Source of the DNA: Camelus ferus
Lineage: Eukaryota
Length of the DNA: 64,000 nucleotides
Assembly: GCF_009834535.1 (NCBI RefSeq)
Contig: NC_045696.1
Coordinates: forward strand, 55,058,001-55,122,000
Direction of reading: 5' to 3'
The stretch's first letter is position 1, and each line of letters begins with the position of its first letter. The notes under the pieces are model-generated. The model was not told the DNA's origin. It made no database searches and saw only the letters and a list, made by a program, of their open reading frames with translations. The translations under genes were made by a program, and so were the position numbers. Shown in pieces: positions 25,540 through 38,339 of this stretch.

Positions 25540-25770
25540 TTTTGTATGGTTTCTTGTAACTCACAGAAAGCAATACAATACACAAATACATAAGCATACT
25601 AATAAAACTGAAATAAAAGACTTGCCAAATAATAGTTACCATTTTTATATGCATTGCTGTCTCATATGCTCTTATCTATTCTGTTTCATTTTTTAAAACA
25701 AAGGTCAAAATTCATCAAATTAATTTCATAGCCCACTATTAGGCCCCAATACACACTGTTAAAAACACTG
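25540..25770. mobile_element. hAT-Charlie fossil (Charlie4-like end)
   Basis: AAATTAATTTCATAGCCCACTA...TTAAAAACACTG terminus. Confidence 0.5.
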
Positions 25771-26521
25771 TACTAGACTGTATGTAAGCTTCATGAGGGA
25801 AAATCTCTACACCTGTTTTGGTTAACATTGTATCCCTGATTTCCGGGAAAAAGCCTGGCATGCAGTAGGTGCTCATTTATACATAGATAATATATTAATT
25901 TGATAAATTAGTTCTCTTTTTCCTAGCATTTAACATAGAAATAAGGAGAATTTGGCCTTCTCTGGTGCTAATATGTGAAGCTGTGAAAGACAAAATCCTT
26001 CCTACTCATTGTTGGTAAGATTCTTAGGAAAAGTCCTTTAAAAATCATTAAAATAGAAAGCTTTTCTAGAGGCTTATCCCAACAGAATTGGGCCTCAGTG
26101 TAAACATGGCAGCCAAAAATCTTGCCTGGATTGTTAATTTGCAATTTTCTTAGAGTGATGGGATAGTTTTGTAATAATTTTTTGTTGTTTTTCTTAATTC
26201 AAACTTTTTTTTTAATATAAAACATCGCATGTGGTATCATAGACATTCTTTGTTATCTATAATTGCTCACTTCCCTTAAGATGACGAGGATGGTGAGAAT
26301 TCCTATTTATACAGATTTTTTACATATTCTTAAATTTCTAGTCACCGCAGTTCAGGTCAACCTTTTACTTTCACTGGGAGCTATATCTAGCAGGTAAACT
26401 TGGAGAGATATGGCTAGTGAAAGAAATGCTAGTTTTTACTTTGTTACTATTTGATGGGTTTCCAGTCCCTTGCCTTTTCTCCCATCTCCCTACCCCCCAC
26501 CCACTGCCACCTGCCACCCAA

Positions 26522-26528
26522 ACACACA

Positions 26529-26560
<32 letters not shown>
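26522..26560. repeat. (CA)n microsatellite
   Basis: Direct reading, one TA interruption. Confidence 0.95.
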
Positions 26561-26561
<1 letters not shown>

Positions 26562-27446
26562 TAAAGCAAACTGTAGGAAATTCAGCACTAGGAGAAATAT
26601 AAAGACATAATAGGAAAGCTTCTCAGAGTTTATAAATATTGCAGTGGCCAGATTAACTGAACTAGCTACATTACATACTCTGAAATGATATCTGTGTTTG
26701 AAAGTAGTGATGTCAGAGAGGTGATAGTGTATAATAGAAAACTAAAATAAATTAATTACTTAAAATTTTAGCCACAAGTATTAGAATCAGGAAGATCAAG
26801 TTTCAAACCTCACCCAACACTTTCTAGTTAAATTTCTTATCTGTAGTCTTATCTGCAAGATGGGGCTGATAGTGTCCACAACACAGGGCAGTTGTGAGGA
26901 AACAGTGGGTTAATACATGTAAAAAGAGCTACTTTAGGGACTTAGAAAATAGCAATCATTCACCATAAAAATTAGTTTCTTCTCCCCTGTTCCAAATGGG
27001 CGTCTCTGGCCTATGGGCCTTTGACCTGGCCTACAGACCAACTTATTCTCAAGTCACTTGTTGCTGAAGCTGAACCTCATTCCTAGAAATACTGATGCAG
27101 TTTTTGACATTCAGTTCAATAAACACTAAGCTCCCTCTGCATACAAGTTTCTGGCTAGTTGTTATAGAAAATGGAGGAAAGAAGTAAAATGAATGAAAAT
27201 TGCTTCTTGTCCTAAAGATGCTTCAAATTTATTGGGGAACAAAGGATGTAATAAATTTACTAACATGATAAATACAAGCCATAGAGATACAAATGAGGAG
27301 CAATTAAATCTAATTTTGTTGGGGGAGGGGTGAGCAGGCCACAAAAGGCTACCCAGGTGATGGCATTTGAACTAAGGCTGAAAAATGAGGAAAGTTTTTT
27401 TAGGATGAGATGGCAGCAAGAGATTTCCAATCTAAAGCAATAACAT

Positions 27447-28015
27447 TGTTGCCGGAGAACAGGTTCTTGTCTGGCCCAGGAGAGAATTCAAGAGCAAGGC
27501 ATAGTAGAGGGAAAGCAAGTTTATTTAGAGAGATACATAGTCCATAGACAACAGTGTGGTCCATCTCAGAAGGGAGAGCAGACTCCATAGGAGATACATA
27601 CTCCATAGGCAGAATGCGGGCCATCTCAGTAGGTGAGGAGAGAGGCCAAGAGGTGTGGGCTGTTTAAAGTAAAAGTAGATACACATTCCATAGAGTGCAA
27701 GCCTCTCAGAAGGCAAGAGAGAGAGGCCCGAGGTGTGGTTGTTAGTTTTTATGGGCTTGGTAATTTCATATGCTAACGTGTAAGAGGATTATTCTAATTT
27801 TGGGGAGGAATTAGAATAATTGGGCCCCCACCCATCTTTTTGACCTTTTATGGTCATCCTAGTAACTGTCATGGTGCTGTGGGTGTGCCATGAGGCTCAA
27901 GGTCTACTGGAAGTCAAATCTTCCGCCATCTTGGTTGTAACCAGTTTGTCCTGTCCTCAGCTGCTGCCTGTGATTCCTTTAAGGGTTGTGCCCTGCCCCC
28001 TTCCCTCCTGTCTCA
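27447..28015 (-). mobile_element. Solo ERV1-class LTR (family C) with internal tandem repeats
   Basis: TG...CA termini, TSD ACAT (27443-27446 and 28016-28019), minus-strand AATAAA at about 27520, three AGATACA..TCCATAG..CTCAG units. Confidence 0.9.
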
Positions 28016-29339
28016 ACATGAGCAAAAGCTGGTAAAGCAACTAAGTGGTGATAATCCAGTCAAGAAAGCATGATAGCCTGGACAAGGACAATGGCAGTGG
28101 CAATGGCAATGAGCATGGGAAAGGAGGAGAGGGGCCCAATTTCAGAGTTTAAACACATAATTGCAAAAGAGGACATGCCACAGAGAAAAGCGACAGGCTT
28201 GGCATTGATGTCTGTGGGGTGCTTAGGTCAATACCTAAACCTATTTGTTTACTAAAGCCTCTTCTACCCAAATAAGTTTTTCTATTATCTAACTAGTTGG
28301 CTGGATTATTCAAGTATGTTTTACAGACTAAAGTTGCCCCCCCTCCAAATTTGAAGAATAGAGTTGATTACTGTTCCCCATTTCATTTTCTTCTTTGCTT
28401 TTTTAAAATTTTTGCTTTAGGCAGTTCAAATCACATTGGCCTTTTTAAAATCCCAATATTGTATGATAACTTTATTTTTATTTAGTTATCCACTTGCTCT
28501 GTATCTTCTAGCATTACCACGTACCAGATTTCTCAGGAGGACTATGAATCTGATTCAATTTCTTCCCAGATGTACTAGTTTACATTCTCCCAGTTTAATC
28601 TCATTTTGATTTGAGTCCATATTTGTAACCTTTTCAAGTTCCAGTTAAGTAGTTTCTAAGTCATTACCCATGTTTACAACATTGCCTAATATAGCATCAT
28701 TTCAAAATATATTAATGTGCTGCTCACTCACGCAGATATTAATTGAAGAGTTGAAAAAAAAGGAATTGGAAGCAGTATCTTGTCCCATTGCATCCATGAT
28801 GCCCTCTGTCCCCTTTACAACTTATCAAGTTGATCAGTCTACTTTTTGTGGGTAACTTTTACTATTTATGGCTTTTTGTTATCCAATCTCATTTGAACTA
28901 CTTTCCAAGAATTATGAAATAAAATGTGGTTTATAGTCATTTAAAAATCAGGTTTTTTTTTTTTCTTTCTTTCTGTGTAATTGGAAATTCTATTAGAAAA
29001 GTAGTTTTTCAAATCTTTTTCTGTTTTGGATGTTCTTTACTGATCCCTGTAGATGTTTCAGATCGAGAAGCAGAGGGAGTACCTCCAGGAGGGGAGCAGA
29101 CTGCTGACCAGGGGAGTCAAACCCGCCTGAATCTGATGACCGCAGCCTGGCCCTGGGTCCCTCTTTCTTACTGTGTTTACTGTGTTCTTATTGTGTCCAT
29201 CTCTAACTTGGTTGCCCTTTAGATATTTGCATACTTTTATCTTGATTTGTAATCAGTTTTACTAAAAATTTTTTCATGGACAGAAAATATCATTGTATTA
29301 ATTGAGGAGTTCAGATACACTAATAAGAAAAGAGAATTT

Positions 29340-29990
29340 AATAGGTATATGAAAAGATAATTCACTAATGAGGAATTGTATCTGGCTGACAAAGGAAAAT
29401 AAATCAATAGTTTTAAAAACATGAGATGCCACTTTTCAACTAGAAAGGAGAACATTTTTCAGTGACAATATTTGTTACTGGGAAGAATCTATAGATGCTG
29501 GTATACTCATGCACTGATGTGACAACAGAACTTAGAACAACTGTGCTGTAAACAATCTGGCACTCTGCCTCATAATTTATGGAAAAATGTCATCACATTT
29601 TTCCATAAATTATGGACTGTCTGGGGGGTCGATATGATAACAAGGGTACTTAATAAGTCACAGGGCCAGAGTCACAGGAGATACCATTACATTTTGTCAG
29701 TAATTCCCACTTCTCAGTCTAACCTAAGAAAACAATATGGGGGAAGTATGTACGGAGCATATTAATTATGCCTTTATATCAGTGAAAATGCTAAAACTAC
29801 CTGAATGTCCCACAATAAGGTAATGATTATTTAAATTATAAAATATCTGCTGAAAGAAATGGTATAAAAGTTATCAAAATTGATATTAATGAAGACTATA
29901 AACATGGCAAAATGTTAAATTAAAATATAGTGTAAGGACACAAAACGGCATATTTAGTGCTGCCAGAAAATGATAAAAAGAAAAAAAATC
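29340..29990 (+). mobile_element. Old L1ME-type fragment hosting a templated insertion
   Basis: ATGAGATGCCACTTTTCAACT, GTATACTCATGCACTG, CAGTAATTCCCACTTCT, ACTACCTGAATGTCCCACAATA. Confidence 0.65.
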
Positions 29991-30444
29991 TGCTTAGATA
30001 ATGAAGTTTTAGACCAAATAAAAAATAAAACATGTTAAAGTAATTTTGCAGGTTTGGGGAAAGGATTTTTGTGGGGGTTTTGCTGATTTTTTTCCTCTTT
30101 TAGCTTTCCTCAATCATGCTTATTTTTTATAATAGGAACATTTAAAGTAGGGGAGTGTTTACTGGGCATTCATTCTGTGCTGGGCACTGTGCCAGCTAGG
30201 CCTTGCACACAAAGAGGTAAAGAAGACAGATATGGCCCCTGCCCTCACAGAGCACAGGATCATCCAGCTTTGGATTCATTCTTAACTCACCTGTCTCTTT
30301 CATCACACCCCAAAGCCAGTCCATTAGGAAATACTGTTTGACTTTAATTTCAAAATGATATCCAAATCCCAGCCATTCCCCACTATCCCCACTGTAACAT
30401 CCTAGTCCAAGTCACCAACATTTCCACCTGGGTTACAACAGCCT

Positions 30445-30897
30445 TGTGATGGAGAGAATAAGGCCTCCCTCTCCAACAAGATGTCCATGTCCTCAGCCCA
30501 GAGCCTGACTGTCACCACATATATGGCAAAAGGGACTTTGCAGATGTGATTAAGTTAAGGAACTTGAGAAGGAAAGATTATCTTGGACTATCCAGGGGCC
30601 CGATGTGATAGCAAGGGTACTTAATAAGTCACAGGGCCAGAGGCACAGAGATACAATGAAAAAGCAGAGGTCAAAGTGACAATTTCTGGAAGGAGGCCAC
30701 CAGTCAAGGAGTGCAGGCACAAGGCAACAGACTTTCCCCTGGGGCCTCCAGATGCAGTCCTGCTGACTCCTTGATACCAGCCCAGTAAGATCCGTTTTAG
30801 ATTTCTGACCTTTGGAACTGTAAGAGAATATACTTGTGCTGTATTAAGCCACCATACTTATGGGAACTTCTTACGGCTACACTAGGAAACCAACACT
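30445..30897 (+). mobile_element. MLT1D-like MaLR LTR
   Basis: ATGGCAAAAGGGACTTTGCAGATGTGATTAAGTTAAGG, TTCTGACCT..GAACTGTAAGAGAATA; 5-bp TSD AGCCT (30440-30444 and 30898-30902). Confidence 0.9.
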
Positions 30898-31496
30898 AGC
30901 CTCCTAATGGGTTTCCTTGCTCTTTTCCTGTTGCTCTGCAGTCTGGTCTCAGTCTAACAGTGATCTTGCCAAAATCTAAGTCACATTACTCCACCACCTT
31001 CCATTTCACCCACCCAGGGGAAAAACCAAAGTCCTTACAGTGACCCACAAGGTCTCACATAACGGACCTTTTCTTTTTGACTTCATCTCTTAAAATTCTC
31101 ACTTCCCTGATTCTGTCCTAGTCATACCGGCCTCTCTGGTATTCCTCAAGATCCCCAGGGATACTGCTGCTATAGGTCCTTGCACAGGTAGCTTTCTTGA
31201 CCTAGAGTATCTAGTCCCCAAACCCTCAACTGGTTATTTCTCCTGTTTTCCTCAGGCCTTTGTTCAAATGTCATTCATAAATAAAAGCTACCCCAACTAG
31301 CCTATTTAATGATGCAATTTAAACCCCTATCTGCACAATTCCACTCTTGTTCTATTTCTTTTTTTATAGCACACATATCATATATCATATGATATATAGT
31401 ATATATATAGTATATATCATATATATATATTTGTTGTTTACTTGCTACCCATTTCCCCACATGAAAACACACACACCAATACACATATACATGCAG

Positions 31497-31498
<2 letters not shown>

Positions 31499-31531
<33 letters not shown>
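31499..31531. repeat. (CA)n microsatellite, with a TA-rich tract at about 31376-31430
   Basis: Direct reading. Confidence 0.95.
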
Positions 31532-31535
<4 letters not shown>

Positions 31536-32757
31536 ACACTGGAATATAAGTTTCACAAGGACAGAGATTTGGTGTTTCATTTTCTGATATATCCTAACTG
31601 CCAGAATAGTGCCCACCCAGCACATGACAGGTACTCAATTAATGACTGCTAGTTAAATAAATAATTTTAAAATTAGTTCTTTTGATACATATTTAATTTT
31701 CTCAAGTGGAAAATTGTAAGTAATGAAGTAATAACTTCATTAAATAAATAATTTATTCAAATCACTAGGAAAAACACTAAGCCCATAGTAGGAAAATGTC
31801 AAATTTATAATTTACAAAAGAAGATATACAACTAAATAACAAACACTTGGGCCATAATTAAAATTCTAAAGTTTGTCAGTAGGGCACTCTTTTTGCTTAT
31901 TAATGTCCATAGACAATATAAAGTTATTAAGGACATTTTAAAGCCTATGATGATTTTGAGTTTGACAAATGACTTGGATTTTATGTGGAAATACTGAGCC
32001 TTGTTCATGCTCTGTGGAGCACTGTTGTGTAAACTTCTTGCTGGATAGTTATTGTATTGTTCTCTCCTCATTTTGTGGTTTTATGGCTTTAGAAAGGGTT
32101 CCAGCTTCTTCTTTGATAGACATGGATGGGCTTTCCCCCCCCAGATTTTGCTACCCACCTTTAGATGGGATTTATAGCCCTAGTCAAGCAAACATGTATA
32201 TGCTGCCTCTGGATAACCAAGCTCAGCTCTGCTTTCCTCTTAGTTTTATATTTTGTTTTATTTTGTTCATTCTCATCTCTGAAGTATCAGCAGTACCAAT
32301 GGAAGGATAACAAATACCATATAACATAACATTACCAAAAGTGGCCTGAATCTCATGCACTGCAGTGAGCTCCCCAGCATTTAGGGCAGGTCCCAAGGCA
32401 GGTGCCTGAGAGATCACACATGATTTAGTTGTAAGCTTGATGACATGGGAAGAGAACCGCTCCTCTCCATTCCAGAAGATAAAAAGAATGGGCTGGCTCT
32501 TGGGCATGTGAGGATATATTCCACTTCAATCATCTGATTAGCATGCTGGTGTCTCTATTATTTCTATTTGTATCACTTTATTATTAAGTCTAATTACAAC
32601 AAAGACTGCTTGGTTCAGAGAAATAAATAAACCCATACACTAAGCCTCTGCTCTGAGGTCAAGTAACCTAGGACTGTTGACTATATCCATTCATTCCCAC
32701 CATAAGACCAGAACCATCACAACCTCCTCTTTGGGCACAAGGATGACTGCTTGTCTG

Positions 32758-33240
32758 ATTGCTTATTCAACAAACATTTATGGAATGTAATTGAGTGTTC
32801 CAAACCTGATGATGCCAAGACGAATAAGAAGCAGTCCCTATGTTTAAGAGTGTAGAGTGCAGCAGATGAGACCAAGAAGCTACCAGGCAATTTACAGACC
32901 GGCATTAAACATGGAACAAGAGAAGGTAGATATCATGGAGAAAAAAGAAAGAGCAATTAGTCCAAATGGTGGGACAGAGCAGGGAGATAAGATAGAGGAA
33001 GTAGGAATTGAATCAGGGTGAGTGAAAGCTTAGCAATGGGTGAGTGATAAAAGGAAAGAAGATGAAAAGGGGAAGAGATTTAAGGAGCCAGAGCAAAAGC
33101 TGGGAATGGGAGAAAACTAGAACCAGACACATTCAGGGAACTGTATGTAATTTGGTCTGGCTGAACTGTAGGGCAAAGGAAAGATGTGGAAGAAGATGGT
33201 GCCAGACATCTAGGCAGGTGCCACATTATGGAGGCATGTA
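32758..33240 (-). mobile_element. L2 LINE fragment
   Basis: TTATTCAACAAACATTTA start; purine-rich body. Confidence 0.6.
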
Positions 33241-36037
33241 TACCATACTATGTACATATTTTTAATCAAGAAAGTACTAACTTTTTGCTTTAATTTTTCT
33301 ACATCTCTGAGTTTTCTTCCTGTTCATGTCATATTAGACACATGGAGCTTGGTACATAATGTTCAATCCAGAGATTTTTATGTCCAAGCAGAATTTAATG
33401 TTGTCCTTTCCAACTCTGAAGTATTTACTCAGTTTATTCAATCATCCTTCAAAAATAGCTGCTTTTGCTAATACATATTTGCTAATTACAGGAGCTGCAG
33501 ATAAATAATGCTTTGATTTGATGATGTACAAATGTTCAAATTTTCTCCATGCTCTTTTGCAATCTTTAGGCCAGTATTTGCTTTATTATTTCCTAATGTT
33601 TAGATTTATGGGCTTTAGTTTCTTCTCGAGGATAGATTTTAAAGTGAGTTTACCCTAACAAAGTATTTTAATCGACACTAAATTTTATGTCCTACTCCAT
33701 TCATTAGCAGATATAGTTTAATGTGGATTTTCTTTTCCTCCAGCTAAACTGTATTTCTATGAGAAACGTGAGGTCTCTTATTAGTTATCATTTCAGTATT
33801 GCTTTATTTTTTGCCTAGCATTCACTCATCCAGATTCTTTATTGACCATTGACTCTGGCCTGACAAGGCACTGAGCTAGGTTTAGCCTCTTTTTACTCTA
33901 ATCTTATCTCTGTGAATAACTAGCTATTTGATTCTGAGAAATTTACCTTTCTCCTTGTCTATAAAAGGAGAGGGTTAGACTGGATCACCCCAAAATGCCC
34001 TTCTAGCTGAGAGATTCTATTCTCGTGGCCAAGCATTAATGTATGTGATGGACCTCATCGTAGTTCCTCCCCCTCATTATCTCATCTGTACATTTCTTCA
34101 CTCATAAATTTGTACCCTTTGCTTGTTTACTCTCCTTGGCTATAGACTGGGGCAGTTGAGGGGCAAAACTGAGTCATCTATTTCCTTAGGTTACCATCAG
34201 AAGCACCACTGAAGGTTGTCAGCTTGTAGGAGTTACTCAGTGACATTGTCATGACAAAGGCATAGTAGACAACTGCTTATTCTTTTGTGTCCCTTGTGTG
34301 CTTTCGATGTTACATCTTTTATTTTTGGTACAAAAGAAACAGTCTGGTGTCTGTGTTACTATAAAGCCTATAAGAGAATGTGCTGTTTCCACTTCATCCA
34401 ATCCTGGATATTTGAGAAATATCTGCTCTTAAATATCCAGGAAAGTTTGTCCCACCTTGACCCCAGGGTTAAACTAGCCTGGCCTACTGCTATGACCCAA
34501 ATGGACTGACTGTAGGAAAAGAAGCCTGTGGTGCTATTGAGCTAAGTCACGTACAGGTGCAAAAACAAACACAGTGTGCACTCCAAATATCAACATTGTG
34601 GACTTCAGATGACATCCTCATTAGATGGTCTTCATCTTTGCTTCCTTCAGTCTGCTTCTCTCTCCCCCTGGTCTGCCAAATTTGATCTATTTCAGGAACT
34701 CCTGAGATAGCAGCTTCTCCTTGTTGTTGCCTGGGCTAGTTTCACTATTATATAATCAAAGATTATTGTCTTTGTTCCAAAGCATTATTAAATCCCTCTT
34801 ATTGAGTCTCTCTTTCTAATTATTAAATCCCTCTTCCCCTTACTATATTTCTGATTCACTGCTCAGCAACTGGGCCTCCTTTGGGGACCTGGATATATTT
34901 CTAGGAATTGACTTGCCTTAAAGCCAGTTCCTTGCAGAAGACTTGATGGACTGGGGTACAACCACCAGGGAAGAGAGGCAGTTGGGGGCAGCCTCAGAAG
35001 ACTCATGAGAGAGCAGCATCTTGAAAAGTAGGCCATTTCTATTACAAGAAAAGGAATCATCCCCAAATTGTAGAGTGAGTAGATTTCAGCTTTGAAACAA
35101 TTTTCTCTGCATCTGGACCTAGAGATCTTTCTTCATAGCTCTACTCAAGTGAGACTAAGAAAATACCTTAGTCAATTTAAAAAATGAACAGTCCCAGGAA
35201 TCACCTATAGATGGGGTATCCTTGATGTACAGATTAGAGTTTCTGGACCAAAATTAGGAACACATGGCTTGATAATGTAAATATCCTCCTGAGTTCAGTC
35301 AGAAGACTGGGAAGGCAAGAAGAGAACTAGCTCACAAACATCCCCCTGGGTGAGAGCTGGAATTAGATATTCATTTTTTAAAGTTCTTTATTCACAGGGC
35401 CAGAAGGTGAATGCCGGAACTGTGGCTAATGCAGACTGCTGAGCTTAAGCGAAAGAAGTGTGTCCAGAATGATTCATTAAAATCAGGCTATCCATAAAGA
35501 TTACTTCCCAAGTTATAGAGAGAGGCTGTGTATCACAATGGCAAATGGAAAGTGGTCTGAATAAAATAAAGAGAGAGGGTGGACACCTGAGGTTGATTTC
35601 AATATGCTCATTTCACACATGGACCTGGAAGAGCAGAGTCCATCTACAGCCTCTGCTTCAGGCTGGAGCAGGACAGGTTAGAAACCACGGAGTCAACAAA
35701 CATCTGGTTAGCAGCGTGCTTTGGAAGTACCTTGATTATTATATCCAAGACCCTCAAATCTTCTAATTCTGACCTGTTGATCAGCATACCCACTACAACC
35801 ATCATGAGTTTAATAAAGGAACAGCCAAGGAGAAACCATAGTGTTGCTTTGCCCCAATTCACAGCACTGAACAAAACTGAACTGCAGCACGAGGGCCCCA
35901 GGCTTAATCTCGATTTTTATTTTTACCTTACCAGCCTTTGACTTGTCGCACGAAGAAAGACAGAAGAGGAGAGGGAGTAGACTCTAAAGGGCTGATCAAC
36001 AGAACAGACTCTGGCTCTCTGTACCTGTGTAGCCACA

Positions 36038-37297
36038 TGTGAGCAGCAGACACTTGCTGTGCTGCCCAGAGCCCCTTTCAGGACAGAAAGGCCTGTTCTT
36101 CCACCTCCTTAGGGTGCTACCTACTGACTGGCATCCCTTAGCTGTCAGCCCTCTCCAGCTGATGAGAGCTGGCTTGGCCAATGATCATGACTCATTCCCA
36201 GGAGAAACCTGCCACCAGTGTCTGGTTCTTGTGAGAATACAAAGTCCCACCCTCTCATCCCAACTCAGGACAACTCTAAGGGCTCTCTGAGCCTCAGAGT
36301 TCCTTATGGGGAATGGAAAAGCCAAAAATCGATGGGAGAAAAGATAAGCTGCCCAGGCTTCTCTGAGAGGCCCAGCTTTGCAAGCAGTAAGTTAGCTCTC
36401 CACATAACTAGTGGGCTGCACTAGGAATGTCCTAGATGCTCATGACACACTGTATCTCCTGGGCCCACCTAATTTTAGGCCAGCCTGGGGAAGGTCCAGG
36501 CCCAAAGCCTGTATCCCATATCAGGTAGGAATCACTCAGCCACATGCAACTGCCACGTAGAAGTACAGGGAGCTTAATGCCCTCAGAAGCAGCCCGCCCC
36601 AGTGGTGAATGAGAGTTGGCGGGTAGACGGCTTAGTGTTTCCATCCTCTGGTGGGCAATTCTGAGGCAAGTTCTATCTCTTCCAGTAACAAATAGAACAG
36701 CAATCCAGCAGGACTGAGCTGTTGTCCTCAGATATTAGTTTGCTAGGGCTGCTGTAATAAAATACCATAGACTGGGTGGCTGAGACAACAGACATTTTCT
36801 TTCTCACTATTCTGGAGGCTGAGTCCAAGATCAAGGCATCCGGAGACTTAACTTCTCCTGAGGACTCTCTCCTTGGCTTATTGATGACCTCCTTGTCTCT
36901 GTGTCCTCACAGGGTCTTTCCTCTGTGCATGCGCACACACACATGCACACACGTACACAGCTGTGTCCTAGTTTTCTCTTTTCATAAGGGCACTAGGCAT
37001 CAGATTAGGGCCCACCCATATGACCTCATTATATCTTAATTGCCTTTTCAAAGGTCCTATCTCCAGTTACAGTCATATTCTGAGGTCCTGAAAGTTAGGA
37101 CTCTAACATACCAATTTGGGGGTGGGGGTGCAATTCAGCCCCTAACACCCTAGTAAGTAAATACACGCTTTATCAGCATTACCCTTTTCCCTGCCTCATT
37201 TTCCCCCCTCCCACATTTCTGCTTCCATGGATCACCTCCCAAATAAACCAAGAAACCTCATCTTGGTCTCAAGGTCAGTATTCAGAGGAACCCAATC
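36038..37297 (+). mobile_element. LTR16-like ERVL LTR sequence (possibly more than one element) interrupted by MLT1A
   Basis: 3' end ATCACCTCCCAAATAAACC...TTGGTCTCAAGGTC...GGAACCCAA; start GCAGACAC..TGCTGCCCAGAGCCCCTT; left boundary uncertain. Confidence 0.55.
36731..37147 (-). mobile_element. MLT1A-like MaLR LTR
   Basis: TATTAGTTTGCTAGGGCTGCTGTAATAAAATACCATAGACTGGGTGGC...CAATTCAGCCCCTAACA. Confidence 0.9.
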
Positions 37298-38339
37298 AAT
37301 GGCTGTAAACTCTGACCGACCAAAATTAGCAGTTCCTTGGGGATGATTGGTAAAGGTTATACACAGAGAGTTGTTGCTTGGAAAACATATAAACCTCCTC
37401 TGTAAACAGTGTAATATCAGTAGAACATATCCCTTCAAATCAAATTTGACCTGTAGATGAGAAATAGAGACAACCAGATAAGGGAAAGGTACACACACAA
37501 ATTCACTGGTCAGCCTCAACCCTGTAAGCAAAACAAAGTTTGGTGCAGAATGTAAAGACATGTAAATGCCTAAGCAGGAGCAGAGTCTGTGTGTTTAGCA
37601 GCACAAGGTTGTGATGCTCCCATGGGTGGCAGAGCACAGTGCCTGCGACAATACACAGAGCCAATATAGGCACTTACGTGAATTTTCCCAAAAGAAAAAA
37701 AAACCACATTTATCACCTGTTCGGTCTGGAATATTTTTCTCTTTACTTTGAATTCTTCTCATTTGAATTTTGAAATGACAGATATGTTTTCAGCCAAAAT
37801 GCTATGGAATTTTTTAATCACCCATTGCCCTGTCATGAATTTCTAGTTTCTCAATTTGGATTCTATAAACTATTAGCCTAAAAGTGGCCACCTTACCTCT
37901 GGACAGCTTACCTAAGTTGGCTTCAAGATAATCTACTAATCATATGAATGACCTGTGGGTGCGTATCAGTTAATGAAGATTGAAGCAAACAAACCAAAAC
38001 CTAAATAATCATAATAGTTGCATTTCAAGGGAGATGAACCTAACATGCCCTATGCTTGCAAAGGACTTAAATAAAAACAGCTATGATTTAATGAGCTTCT
38101 CCCCTGTATTAGTCTCTAAATAATTATCACATTTAATGTCTCTAAAAACCTGAAACATGGGTATTACTATTCTTCATGTTCTTAATATGAGGAAAGGGAT
38201 TTGGAAAATAATGCTCAACTAATAAGTGACATAAATGAGATCTGAACTCAAATCTGACTCTAAATCTTTTTACTTCCAATGATTCTCAGTCAGGAATGGT
38301 CATTACAGCTAATTGGAAAGCATTTAACAACTATAGGTG

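Larger units (their letters stand above)
30250..31665 (+). mobile_element. L2 LINE 3' region, interrupted by an MLT1 and microsatellites
   Basis: CCTAGTCCAAGTCACCAACATT...ACAGCCT|CCTAATGG rejoins across the LTR; 3' end CAGGTACTCAATTAATGACTG...AAATAAATAA. Confidence 0.82.

Noticed and set aside
27528..27740. CRISPR-like repeat-spacer array
   Set aside because: Degenerate tandem units inside an LTR in a mammalian genome; no unique spacers or cas genes.
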